A stretch of DNA of 41,374 nt from Nostoc sp. DedSLP01. GTDB lineage: Bacteria > Cyanobacteriota > Cyanobacteriia > Cyanobacteriales > Nostocaceae. The stretch's first letter is position 1; every line of letters begins with the position of its first letter. Under the pieces are notes generated by a model that did no database searches, was not told where the DNA came from, and saw only the letters and a program-made list of their open reading frames with translations. Made by a program: the position numbers and the translations under genes. Location: positions 1 through 41,374 of the forward strand of contig JAVRCJ020000054.1 of the NCBI GenBank assembly GCA_034530875.2. Reading direction: 5' to 3'. Positions 21,205 to 31,207 of this stretch are shown here, piece by piece.

Positions 21205-21575
21205 AAACTTGAACGATGCTCGGGAAGATGAGCCTCTTTCAGAGGAGCTTTGCTAGCGCAAAAGGGGTATATTCACAATATAAAAAATAGAGTAAAAAAA
21301 TGGGCAGCCACAAAAGCGATCGCGATCGTTGCTGCTGTAGAATAATTTACACCAGTTACGTATGCCATGAATGCGGCTGCGACAAATACCATAAACGCTT
21401 CAAAAGCCTTCTGATGTCGCCAGGGAGGTTGTTGAGTGTATGATGGCAATTTATCAAACATAGTGCGAGGAGCAGAAACTTCGTACCCAATACGCACACA
21501 AGCATAAGCTACTACCAAAAATGGCACGTAAATTAGAACGGCAGCAGCAGCGATCGAGTACAAAAAAATTATCAT
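21205..21575 (-). pseudogene. MAPEG family membrane protein, frameshifted
   Basis: MAPEG-like N-terminal part (APRTMFDKLP..HQKAFEAF). The expected continuation YSIFYIVNIPLLR lies in another frame after the homopolymer at about 21294-21300 and ends in TAG; the tail LIFPSIVQV is in yet another frame. Confidence 0.75.
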
Positions 21576-21679
21576 TAGTTATTTAGTCATTAGTCATTAG
21601 TCATTAGTGAAATAGATAAATGCGTTTGATTCTGCTTTCCAGATGGTATAGCAAAAGACAAAGGACTGTTGACAAATGA

Positions 21680-22183
21680 CTAATCAAAGTAGAAGAGTGT
21701 CACCACTTTTCTTTGTTCTTCTGCATCTTGACAAGTTTGCAACAAAGTGCGGCTGTCGTGAAAGGCAAAGCAAATCAGTTGCTGGCAACGAGAGACAATT
21801 TCCTTGTTGCACAAATAACTAGCTTCCGCAAGAGACAGATTATCATTACTGGGATTTTCCACTAGATGCATTACCTGCTCTAGTTGCTGGCGCGATTCTA
21901 AAGGCTGGCGTTCCAAGCTTTGGGGTAAAATCACCGTTAACAAGTTCGGATCGGCCCGCGTTGCCCCCCGAATGGCAGCAGAATTTGTACCTGTAGCACC
22001 AGAAGTGATGATCCGATTACCCGATAAAACTAGGGCATAAGTCATCATTTCAATAAGATTCTGATGTGTAATCGGGACATGACGAGAACCCAGCAAGGCA
22101 ATTCTTTTAGAACCTGTTTGCTGGATTGTCGCCAGTTCTTGCGCTAATGTATCGAGGTTAATAAGGTCTGTTGACTGACTCAA
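21680..22183 (-). CDS. DprA/Smf-like SLOG-fold protein (short cyanobacterial type)
   Basis: RIALLGSR, IITSGATGTNSAAIRGA and N.EIVSRCQQLICF motifs; TTG start. Confidence 0.8.
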   Translation of the reverse strand: MSQSTDLINLDTLAQELATIQQTGSKRIALLGSRHVPITHQNLIEMMTYALVLSGNRIITSGATGTNSAAIRGATRADPNLLTVILPQSLERQPLESRQQLEQVMHLVENPSNDNLSLAEASYLCNKEIVSRCQQLICFAFHDSRTLLQTCQDAEEQRKVVTLFYFD

Positions 22184-22265
22184 AGATAGACAAAATTCAG
22201 ATTAAACGACCCAGCTATTCTACCAAAGAGAGTGTAGGTGCGAGGCAAACCTGAGTTAAAGGTTG

Positions 22266-22814
22266 CTACAAATTTTCAATTTTGTGATTCAGTAATTGAA
22301 TTACTCGATCGCACCAAGCCAACCAATGTGTTTCATCGCTAATGCCATTTAAGAGCGTTAAATACTTATATTTGGATGATTCTGACATTTCTTCTGGATT
22401 TTGAAAGTCACGTTGTTCTAAATCCTTATATATTGACAATTTTTCTAAGTGGACTTTTTTATGGCGTTCTAGTTCTGCGACTATCGTCTGGTTACTAGCA
22501 AGATGACCAGCAAAAATTTTCACAAGTAAATCATCTTTAACCCTTGTCGGTTCGCAAGGTTGAGCAATCCATTGTTTTAACTGCTCCTCTCCCAACTCTG
22601 TAACTCTGTAAAGCTTTTTATCTGGGCGTCCTGCTTGCAAAATCGTCTCGGAATCAATCCAGCCTTGGTCTTCCAACTTTGATAACTCTCGATAAATCTG
22701 CTGGTGGCTTGCTGACCAAAAAAAGCCTACAGAGCCATCAAATCGTTTTGCTAAATCATACCCACTACAAGGAGCGTCAACCAGAGCAGCTAATATCGCG
22801 TGCGCTAATGCCAT
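22266..22814 (-). CDS. PadR-family transcriptional regulator, AphA-like
   Basis: MALAHAIL..SGYDLAKRF..SVGFFWSASHQQIYREL..GRPDKKLY.VT..G, with a long C-terminal helical domain; ATG at 22814. Confidence 0.93.
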   Translation of the reverse strand: MALAHAILAALVDAPCSGYDLAKRFDGSVGFFWSASHQQIYRELSKLEDQGWIDSETILQAGRPDKKLYRVTELGEEQLKQWIAQPCEPTRVKDDLLVKIFAGHLASNQTIVAELERHKKVHLEKLSIYKDLEQRDFQNPEEMSESSKYKYLTLLNGISDETHWLAWCDRVIQLLNHKIENL

Positions 22815-22835
22815 AACTTTTAATTCACTAGTTGC

Positions 22836-22884
22836 TATATGCAATTATTTGCATATAATTTAAATATGCAATTATTTGCATATT
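22836..22884. promoter_or_regulatory. Two tandem palindromic operators ATATGCA-N6-TGCATAT in the divergent promoter
   Basis: ATATGCAATTATTTGCATAT occurs at 22837-22856 and 22864-22883, a 27-bp period. Confidence 0.85.
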
Positions 22885-22911
22885 AGCTAAAAAAGTAAGG
22901 AAGTATAATTT

Positions 22912-23418
22912 ATGCCTCCAGTAATACCAGGAAGATTTACTGCCGAGATTAATGAACCATTTGTTGTGTTTGTGATTGGGGTGAGAATTAATAAGTTATT
23001 TGCTTTTTCCAAATGGATTCCTACAGTTAGGTCAATGCCACCGATGCTACGCAGCCTCCGGCAGCATCCCGAAAAGGGATTTTTAGGGGGAGAAAGTTTT
23101 GTTTACTCGTGGGGAGTAGGACTGATTCAGTATTGGCGCTCCTTCGAGGATTTAGAGCGTTTTGCCAGAAATCCAGCAGATACACATCTAGAAGCTTGGC
23201 AAAGATTTAATCGAGCCGTTGGTGTTGATGGCAGTGTTGGTATTTGGCACGAAACTTATTTAATCGAACCGGGAAGATATGAGGCAGTTTACGGCAATAT
23301 GCCTGTATTTGGATTAGCCGCTGCAACCAAGCATGTCCCGGCGATGGGACGAAGAGAAACAGCACGCCGTCGCTTGGGAGGTGACAACGAGCCTGGGGTG
23401 GCTTCGCCAGAGAGATGA
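22912..23418 (+). CDS. DUF4188 family putative monooxygenase (dimeric alpha/beta barrel)
   Basis: FVVFVIGVRIN, IQYWRSFEDLERFA, H..AWQRF, VGIWHETY and YEAVYGNMP.FGLAAA motifs. Confidence 0.85.
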   Translation: MPPVIPGRFTAEINEPFVVFVIGVRINKLFAFSKWIPTVRSMPPMLRSLRQHPEKGFLGGESFVYSWGVGLIQYWRSFEDLERFARNPADTHLEAWQRFNRAVGVDGSVGIWHETYLIEPGRYEAVYGNMPVFGLAAATKHVPAMGRRETARRRLGGDNEPGVASPER

Positions 23419-23586
23419 GGAGATGGGGAGCTTCAGGGGCAGAGGGGTAGGGGAGACAAGGGGACAAGGAGAGATGGGGAAGTGTGGGGAGTGTGGGGAG
23501 TGTGGGGGAAAGATTTCTTCCCCATCCTCCCACACCTCCTACCCCTCCCACACTTCCTGCTTGCCCAATGCCCAATGCCCAATTCC
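23415..23586. repeat. STRR composite repeat cluster
   Basis: GGGGACAA, GTGTGGGGA and TGCCCAA tandem units between convergent genes. Confidence 0.85.
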
Positions 23587-24681
23587 CTAAGACAATGCGG
23601 TTGCGGGAGTTAAATCGAGTTTAGATAAGAGGCGATCGATGTCAAAGTATTCGGCCATCAGCTGGCGAATAAACTCAACTTTAATCGGCTCGTGGAGACG
23701 AACTTGACCAAATGTCCGGTCAACTATTTCGACTGTGGTGAGGGTGTCTAAGTCAACAGATAAAATCGGAATTTCTAATTCTTCAGCACGACTGAGAATA
23801 AACGGTGGAGGTGGTAGTTGCCCGGTGAGAATTAGACATTGGGTAGAAGTTTCCAAAGCAGCTTGCTGAATTTCCACCCGATCGCCTCCTGTTACCACTG
23901 CCATGTTCCGGCGCTTGCGGAAATATTTCACGGCTGAGTTGACATTCATCGCGCCAATTGCCAGACTTTCGACTAACAAATCTAGGCGATCGTTGCGGCA
24001 TAAAACGTCAGCCTTTAACTGCTTAACCAGTTCGCCAACACTGACACTCTTGAGCAAATCGCTATTTGGCAGCATTCCCAGCACTGGAATATCCCGCTGT
24101 TCCAAAAATGGGCGCAACAAAGTGTCAACCGCTTTTAGTTCAGCCACAGGGATATCATTGATGACTACACCAAGCAAGCGATCGCCCACACGTTGTTTAG
24201 CAGCCAATAATGCCTCAACTGAAAGCAACGATTTATAGCGGGTTACTAACAGTACCCCAGCATCCAAAACTTCAGCCACTTGGAGCAAAGATAAATCAAA
24301 CAAATTGCCTTCAGACAAATCACCAGGACCCTCCAGCAACACTAAATCTCCTAAGGACATTTGCAAATATTGCTCTAATAGAGACTGTTGATAATTGGTT
24401 TTGTCTTCCCCACGCAAGCGTTTTTGCACATTTAGTTCATCCAAAGACAGCATTGTAGGTGCAATACGGTTTTCCTGCAAATTGAGGCTAAGAGCGATAA
24501 ACTGGACATCTTCTTCAATTACAGTTCCACTGGACGAATTCAAGCACGTACCGAGTGGTTTACCATAAGCGATATCCAGTCCTTTTTGCTGTAGCTGATG
24601 AGACAAACCCAGAACAGTTGCAGATTTACCGCTGTAAGTCTCGGTCGATCCAATCAGCAAATATTTAGGGGACTTGGGCAC
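23587..24681 (-). CDS. Phosphotransacetylase N-terminal-like protein (BioD-like P-loop plus DRTGG domain)
   Basis: SGKS P-loop, YGKPLG, LLEG and VVTGGDR..CLILTG motifs; GTG start. Confidence 0.9.
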   Translation of the reverse strand: MPKSPKYLLIGSTETYSGKSATVLGLSHQLQQKGLDIAYGKPLGTCLNSSSGTVIEEDVQFIALSLNLQENRIAPTMLSLDELNVQKRLRGEDKTNYQQSLLEQYLQMSLGDLVLLEGPGDLSEGNLFDLSLLQVAEVLDAGVLLVTRYKSLLSVEALLAAKQRVGDRLLGVVINDIPVAELKAVDTLLRPFLEQRDIPVLGMLPNSDLLKSVSVGELVKQLKADVLCRNDRLDLLVESLAIGAMNVNSAVKYFRKRRNMAVVTGGDRVEIQQAALETSTQCLILTGQLPPPPFILSRAEELEIPILSVDLDTLTTVEIVDRTFGQVRLHEPIKVEFIRQLMAEYFDIDRLLSKLDLTPATALS

Positions 24682-25019
24682 ACATGCACTCCTAATTTCA
24701 AAAGTCAGAAGAACCCAGCTAGGTGTTTCCTAATTCTAGTTCCTTCTGGCAAAAGCCTCTCCTTGTTAAAAACTAGGATTTTTTAAAGATATTATCTGGA
24801 CAGAGGAGGCGGGAGAGGTAGGGGAGGCAGAGGAGGCAGAGGGGGCAGGGGAGGCAGAGGGGGCAGGGGAGGAATAACTCTTGATTCTGCACTCAGTACT
24901 TCTAATTCTTAATTAGATGCGATCGCATTTTTAGCGATCTTGTCCAATATGCCTTGAAGAGTATTCACGGTAAATATTTAGCAACTGGCTCTCATCTGTC
25001 AACAGTCAACAGTCAACTG

Positions 25020-25529
25020 TTAACCATTATCAGTCGACAAGTAGCGGAAACGAAGCCTCAGAAGGCGTAGCCACCGTAACCACATTTGTGCAGGTTGTTC
25101 AAAAAAGGTAAAAATATCACCAAAACCCAAGTTAGTTTTGTGATGATGTAACCAGTGTCTTTCTGGAGTAGTAATAAATAGAATTTGGCATAAAACATTT
25201 ACAGGCTTTGGAGTTTCCCAACCCAAGACACTGATGTGTCTCCACCATACATGAAATTGACCAAGCAGTAGTCCGCAGATAACACCGATGGGAGAAAAAG
25301 ACCATAGAAGTACTGCTATGAGTATGTAAGGTAAAGCTCCTAAGATACCATCTAAAAGAACTTGGGGATTGAAAGTCAAAATAGCGTAGTGACGAAAGTC
25401 TTTCTTCCAGGAGTGGTGCGTTTTTAAATGAAGGCTACCAAAAACATGCTCGGGTACGTGGTAAAAGAATGTAGACAGGAAATCGCCAAAAAATAGTAAT
25501 AACCAAGCAACAGCGATAGCCTCAAGCAT
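25020..25529 (-). CDS. Fatty acid hydroxylase / sterol desaturase family protein
   Basis: His boxes YHVPEH, HLKTHH, HVWWRH and HWLHHH, with hydrophobic segments. Confidence 0.85.
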   Translation of the reverse strand: MLEAIAVAWLLLFFGDFLSTFFYHVPEHVFGSLHLKTHHSWKKDFRHYAILTFNPQVLLDGILGALPYILIAVLLWSFSPIGVICGLLLGQFHVWWRHISVLGWETPKPVNVLCQILFITTPERHWLHHHKTNLGFGDIFTFFEQPAQMWLRWLRLLRLRFRYLSTDNG

Positions 25530-26555
25530 TTTTACTCCTCACGTTTACTAACAAAACTCCACAGAAAATATGCAAATTTCATCCTGTCGGCACAAACACC
25601 TGATTTTTTACTATGCAACTAGCATTTGTATAGTTTAGGGGTCTGCGCTTCAGTTAAATTGGTCGGCTTAGAGTGTATATAATTGATGGATTTGCAGTTT
25701 CATAAATCTGCAATTCTGAACTCACCAAAAACCGATTAGTAAGAGCTTTCAATTTGGCTTCTACCTTTGAGTTGATGGATAAAACACCATTAACTTGATG
25801 GGGATACCGTATTTTATCACAGTTACTACACAATCTTCTTACTAAGGGATACAGCTTGAGCAAAGGTTGAGTTAAAATTAGTACAAATTTAGGTTAAGGC
25901 TTGCTTTGACATTCTTAATTGTCAATTGGTTGCAATTGAGCCTGTTTTTTGAACTCACTACAACGCTAGAATAAACCTGATATTAAGGAAATTAGATTAC
26001 TGAAATATTCAGATGAGTAAAGCGGGTTGAGAATAAAATTGCTCTACAGGAAAATCTGGGATATCCGAAATTAACTAGATATCCAGTCAAGATAGTATTT
26101 AATATTACCGAAATATTCTCAGGATTTAGTAGGCGATCGCCTCAACTTTTTTATCTACATTTCTGAAAGTTGGGGTTTCAGAGCGCCAATCTAAATCTCT
26201 CTAACCTCTGCGAACAAAAAACTGAAGGCTCTTATTAAAGGAAGACTACTTTTTTACCTAAAAAGCATTAGTTTACAACCGTTTAATACACAAACAGATG
26301 CGTCTGTCCTCTCCATGTAATACACGATAAAAGCGACGTTTTTATCTTAGAGGATGAGTAGATAGAGTGCCTTTTTTAACTTACTTAACGTAAATTGTGT
26401 TGCTTAACCGTTGATTTCACAAATCCACTGGTAATGACTTCGCTATTTTGCCAATGTTCTTCTTATCGTACCAGATACCTAATTTAGGTTATTTTTTAGT
26501 CAGGAAGGTAAAATCAGGTTTTAAAATTATCAACACACGATTTATTTGTTTGAGC

Positions 26556-26702
26556 ATGAACAAAAAATGGGCGGTCAAGCGAATTACTATAAACTTGGCA
26601 TCAAATGAAGCTAAGAACCTTGAAAAGTACTGCGAACAGACAGGCAGACCAGCAACGGATGTGATTCGAGAACTCATTCGAGCCTTGCCAGTGATGAAAT
26701 GA
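26556..26702 (+). CDS. CopG-like ribbon-helix-helix protein (48 aa)
   Basis: KRITINL beta-strand followed by LEKYCEQTGRPATDVIRELI helices; ATG at 26556. Confidence 0.85.
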   Translation: MNKKWAVKRITINLASNEAKNLEKYCEQTGRPATDVIRELIRALPVMK

Positions 26703-26741
26703 AAGTAGTTAGACGCTGAGTCTCCTACTAACTGTCATTGA

Positions 26742-26772
26742 TGCGTATCTGGAGACAAACCCCAGATACGCA
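26742..26772. terminator. Hairpin between the convergent RHH genes
   Basis: TGCGTATCTGG / CCAGATACGCA 11-bp perfect stem, 40 nt after the stop codon; weak U-tract. Confidence 0.5.
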
Positions 26773-27071
26773 CTTAGATATTTCAACCCGCTTTGGGAAT
26801 CTTAGAAGTTACCCCTTTTTTAAGAAAAGAGGGATCTAGTTCGGAACTTAATTCCGCAAGTTTTAAAATATTATTTTTTTGGTGCGGCTCTAAACCTACT
26901 TTATTAAGTTTTGTGGAATCGCTCCTATTTTTTGTCCCTGTTTTTTATTTGTAAAGAAAATGACATAATCACCACGATCTTTTGCACAATTAACACTCAG
27001 AGGCTGTTTCTCAACTTGAAGTGTGGCTGTTGGCGATCGCTACGGTTTGAAACTGACCGTGAAAAGTTAGA

Positions 27072-27251
27072 TCATGGCAATGCTCGAATCAGTTCCCGAA
27101 CTACATCCTTTGCTGTTTTACCTGTATGTTCGCAATAGTTTTCCAGGTTATCAGCTTCATCTGATGGCAAGTTTATAGTGATTCGCCTGAGCGTCCTTTT
27201 TTTTGTGGAGGTTGCTAAGCTGGATAACCTCTCAGAGCTAGTCTTATTCAT
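27072..27251 (-). CDS. Second CopG-like ribbon-helix-helix protein (59 aa; not in the ORF track)
   Basis: Manual translation gives MNKTSSERLSSLATSTKKRTLRRITINLPSDEADNLENYCEHTGKTAKDVVRELIRALP, a clear paralog of 26556-26702. Confidence 0.85.
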   Translation of the reverse strand: MNKTSSERLSSLATSTKKRTLRRITINLPSDEADNLENYCEHTGKTAKDVVRELIRALP

Positions 27252-27682
27252 TGATAAATTAAGTATTTACAAACTTTCTTTATTAAGATTGCCAATTTCC
27301 AACCATCTTTACCAGTGAAAATCGAGATTTTAAGATTGAACTTAAGCTTTCTACTCGGATAAATTACTGAAAAGTAAATGTACTAAGCAGCTAACAGCAT
27401 ACGTAGAAAATCTGACATTACTCAAATGTAGTTGCTGCTGTTGCGCTTCGGGTTTATTAACTTTATTTACAATCTTTCGGTTAAAAACTAGAGCATCTTT
27501 TGAATGTAATCGCCCCAAGCCCTCTAATTTAGAAATATATAGCCTAATTACACCCTCTCTACCCCAAATTATTATTAGTTCTTGAGGTCATCGTAGTTGG
27601 GTCTCAGAACTATATCGCAATCATTCTACCCACAACGATCCCTGTTAACACCTTCTTTAACACGCTCTTACCAGGAATTCTG

Positions 27683-28585
27683 ATGAATACCGTCGCACGC
27701 GAACTTGCCTTTGACTACACGAACGCTATCCAAGCTGAGAAAATACAAGAGATACCCCCAACCGCGCTCGATGAACAGTACGACACTGCCACTATAATGG
27801 GCGGACTCTACGGCGACGGCATCATTGGTTTGAAAGACGCATTTGAGCCGACGTGGGCAGACCGCCTTGGTGAAGATATTGAGGTTCTTTTGGAGGAAGC
27901 GCTTGTGCGTCCGGGAGGAGCTGTAGGGCGCGGCCCCAACCGATACTACGTGGAAATTCACCCAGAGAGAATCAGGGGGTTCCTCGATCTCGTGACACAT
28001 CCTTGGGTAGTGGCAGTATCAACGGCGATCCTTGGAGAGGACTATAAAATTGTGGAGATTGGGTTCGATGTGCCTCTTCCTGGCTCGATGAATCAGCCGT
28101 GGCACCGCGACTTTCCTGCGCCTGATGCCACCCTAATAGGACGCAGGCTCAACTCACTCGCCTTCAACTTGACGACTGTAGATGTTGAAGAGGACATGGG
28201 GCCGTTTGAGATTGCACCCGGCACTCAATGGGATCGACCAATCGGTTTCAAACACGAAATGTTCCCGCCCAAATCTCTCTATGAGCGATACCAAGAACGT
28301 GCCGTGAGCAAGATGCCAAAACGTGGAGATGTATCTGTTCGGTCAGCGCTGACCATTCATCGGGGTACTGCCAACCAATCGCAAAAATCGCGGCCGGTAC
28401 TAGTACTCGGCGTGGATGCTCCGGATGCCCAAAACGCACAGCGGCACGATCTCCAGTTTACTCGCGCTTACTACGAAACTATTCCTGTACAGCACCGAAG
28501 GCACTTCAGTTGCCGAATCGTTGACAAACTAGAACCTATCGTACAAGCCCATACCATCGAGGGGCTTGTTATGGGGGAAGTTTAG
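27683..28585 (+). CDS. Phytanoyl-CoA dioxygenase (PhyH) family Fe(II)/2OG oxygenase
   Basis: QPWHRD (HxD), GPFEIAPGT, GDV and IHRGTANQS..R motifs. Confidence 0.9.
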   Translation: MNTVARELAFDYTNAIQAEKIQEIPPTALDEQYDTATIMGGLYGDGIIGLKDAFEPTWADRLGEDIEVLLEEALVRPGGAVGRGPNRYYVEIHPERIRGFLDLVTHPWVVAVSTAILGEDYKIVEIGFDVPLPGSMNQPWHRDFPAPDATLIGRRLNSLAFNLTTVDVEEDMGPFEIAPGTQWDRPIGFKHEMFPPKSLYERYQERAVSKMPKRGDVSVRSALTIHRGTANQSQKSRPVLVLGVDAPDAQNAQRHDLQFTRAYYETIPVQHRRHFSCRIVDKLEPIVQAHTIEGLVMGEV

Positions 28586-28592
28586 TATTACA

Positions 28593-28723
28593 GCAGGAGG
28601 CAGAAGGCAGGAGGCAGGAGGCAGAAGGCAGGAGGCAGGAGGCCGTCCCGATGAAACAAGTTTCACCACCAAGTATGAAAGTGGGCTTTCCCCTACTCCC
28701 TACTCCCTACTCCCTACTCCCCA
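28593..28723. repeat. STRR repeats (AGGCAG(A/G) and CTCCCTA)
   Basis: Tandem heptamers. Confidence 0.85.
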
Positions 28724-29012
28724 CTTACAAGTCAGGAGGGAAAGCTTACTATTCCCAGCATTCAAGTTTTGAAAATGTCCTAATATATCTGGCTACAGCT
28801 TTACCAAAATTTGTAAACATTCGTAAACGCAACTTTTTGGTAGGATGCTTTAGTTGAGCGACCTGTACGACAGCAGTTGGTGGGGTGCTTGATTTTGAAA
28901 TGGCGATCGCCTAATAATGAGGAGCGATCGCTTTCGATTTCCCTCAAATTTCTTTCAAGGCTTTGCAAGGGACGATCCCAGCCATTACTAATCAATCGCT
29001 ACCTCATCACTT

Positions 29013-29897
29013 ATGGCAATACTTCAACTGATTGAACCATTAGTTAAAGATTTAGGTGGTTTTTCTGTCCGTCGCAGTTTGCCATATCCTCATCGGCAAA
29101 TGGTTGGGCCGTTTATTTTTTTCGACCATATCGGGCCGTCGGTTTTGCCACCTAACAAAGGTATTGATGTCAGGCCACACCCTCACATCAATCTGGCAAC
29201 GCTGACTTATTTATTTGATGGCGCGATCTTGCACCGCGATAGTTTAGGTATCGTACAGGAAATTCAACCGGGTGCAGTCAACTGGATGACAGCAGGAAAA
29301 GGCATTGTACATTCAGAACGCTCTCCCGATAGCGAACGTCACAACGAAGTTAGCATTCATGGCATTCAAACCTGGATTGCTTTGCCTGTTGAATACGAAG
29401 AAACCGATCCTTGGTTCGTTCATTACCCTGCCGAAAGTCTTCCTAGCTGGGAAGAGAATGGCGTTACCATCAAACTCATTGCGGGAGAAGTAGATGGTTA
29501 CACCTCGCCTGTAGAAGCTTTTTCACCCATCCTCTATTTAGATGTGGTGCTAGGAGCCAATGCTCGTTTCAATATTCCTACTGGTTACTCAGAAATAGCA
29601 GTATACAGTGTTACTGAAGGATTGAGCATCAACGAGCGATCGCTTGAGCCATATTGCCTAGCCGTACTACAGCCAGGTAATGAGATTGAAATTTCTGCTG
29701 CTGTTGCTGCTAGGTGTATTGCGATCGGTGGCGAACCATTGGGTACGCGTTACAAATGGTGGAATTTTGTTTCTAGCCGACGGGAACGAATAGAGCAGGC
29801 AAAAGCCGATTGGCATGAGGGACGCTTTGCAGCTGTGCCAGATGAAACAGAGTTCGCTCCGCTGCCAGAAGTAGTGACAGAGGCTAACCCATTGTAA
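29013..29897 (+). CDS. Pirin family protein
   Basis: GPFIFFDH, PHPH, WMTAGKGIVHSE, QTW and WNFVSS motifs. Confidence 0.95.
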   Translation: MAILQLIEPLVKDLGGFSVRRSLPYPHRQMVGPFIFFDHIGPSVLPPNKGIDVRPHPHINLATLTYLFDGAILHRDSLGIVQEIQPGAVNWMTAGKGIVHSERSPDSERHNEVSIHGIQTWIALPVEYEETDPWFVHYPAESLPSWEENGVTIKLIAGEVDGYTSPVEAFSPILYLDVVLGANARFNIPTGYSEIAVYSVTEGLSINERSLEPYCLAVLQPGNEIEISAAVAARCIAIGGEPLGTRYKWWNFVSSRRERIEQAKADWHEGRFAAVPDETEFAPLPEVVTEANPL

Positions 29898-30092
29898 AAG
29901 AGCGATCGCTCTTATCAAACTGTTAAAAGCTAAATATTAAGCTAGCAATACCTTAGTACTCTTGTTGTACTACTGAAACGGGTAATATTTTGCTTTTGTC
30001 ATACCAAATATTGAGATCGGCTAAGCTTACAACCCCGTTCTTGGCAAACTGTAACTATATCCTGAACTAGAAACAGCGATCGCCTTCATCAA

Positions 30093-30518
30093 TTAATTCA
30101 ACCAAAATCCCCCTATTTTTCCATCTTTGAGGCTAAGCCTAGCTAGCACATCATCACTGCCATCAGAAAATGTCAGTTTCCATAAATAAACTTGATAACC
30201 TTGCTGATTCAGATTTCCCAAAAAAATTGCCGAATACCCTTTTTTGAAGCGAGGAGCCAATTGCGTGCTAACTTGTGTAAATGTTTGCTTTGTAATGCTT
30301 TCTTGAAAAGCAGCATTTCCTTGAGATATGAACTGAGTGTAGTTGTTTTGTTGAACAGCATTTATCAGTTTTGTAAAAATTCTTTGCACAGACTGGTCTG
30401 GTTGATTACTATGAGTTCCTTTTACTTGCTCGTTCACAGCTGGCACGTTTTTTGCTACAGCCAAAGTCAAAGGTGACATGGTAACAACTGCTGCAACTAT
30501 AAATCCGATCTTATTCAT
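30093..30518 (-). CDS. Secreted hypothetical protein (DUF3887/NTF2-like)
   Basis: N-terminal signal peptide, helix-then-beta pattern ending KIGGFWL; family assignment is tentative. Confidence 0.75.
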   Translation of the reverse strand: MNKIGFIVAAVVTMSPLTLAVAKNVPAVNEQVKGTHSNQPDQSVQRIFTKLINAVQQNNYTQFISQGNAAFQESITKQTFTQVSTQLAPRFKKGYSAIFLGNLNQQGYQVYLWKLTFSDGSDDVLARLSLKDGKIGGFWLN

Positions 30519-31207
30519 TTATTTTGTTTACCTTCTTGAAAGCTTATTTAGTTAAATATATTCGTAAAAGCAGGCTATTAAACTGGTACTATGTCAAAAA
30601 ATTACCAGCCCACATCAGTAAGCCTTTCGCCAACTGCCGAGATGCTTGCTAATAAAGCAGCGTCGTCCCATACCTTCCATAGTCGGGGTTCTTGTTGTGC
30701 GATAAAATTAAATTTAGCTTGTTAGACTGGGAAGTTTTTAAACGCTTCTATTCTGTTTAAATCCCAATATTGTAAACATATATTTTGATTTTATTAATTT
30801 AAATAATTCTTAAAAGTCTAGAAATTAAAGCTGGGTAAGACGCGGCAAATATTGGTTGAGTATAATTAAATATTCTTAATATTAACTAAGCTCGGAAGTT
30901 TTTAGGTACTGCTAATATAAAATCAAATGCTGTATTGTAGTTTGGCAAAAAACTAAGCCATCTTCAATAAGAAAAACTAGTATTTTGTTAAATATGTAAA
31001 TACCTATCTTATTTGCGATCTCTAGCTGCTAAGTAAAAACTAGAGTTGAGAGAATTTCTCAGGTTTTATTCAAGCAAGTTTTCAGTTGAATTTGATATCA
31101 TTAAGAGATTTCATTTTACTACAAAGTACATTTGTCTAGTTGATGAACAGCTTCGTTCGCAAAAATAAAAAATTAGAGCATCTTTTTTGAGATTACATAC
31201 CAAATTT

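Noticed and set aside
29956..29972. AGTAC-N7-GTACT palindrome as a LexA box
   Set aside because: The spacing differs from the 4-nt spacer of the cyanobacterial box, and it lies between convergent genes.
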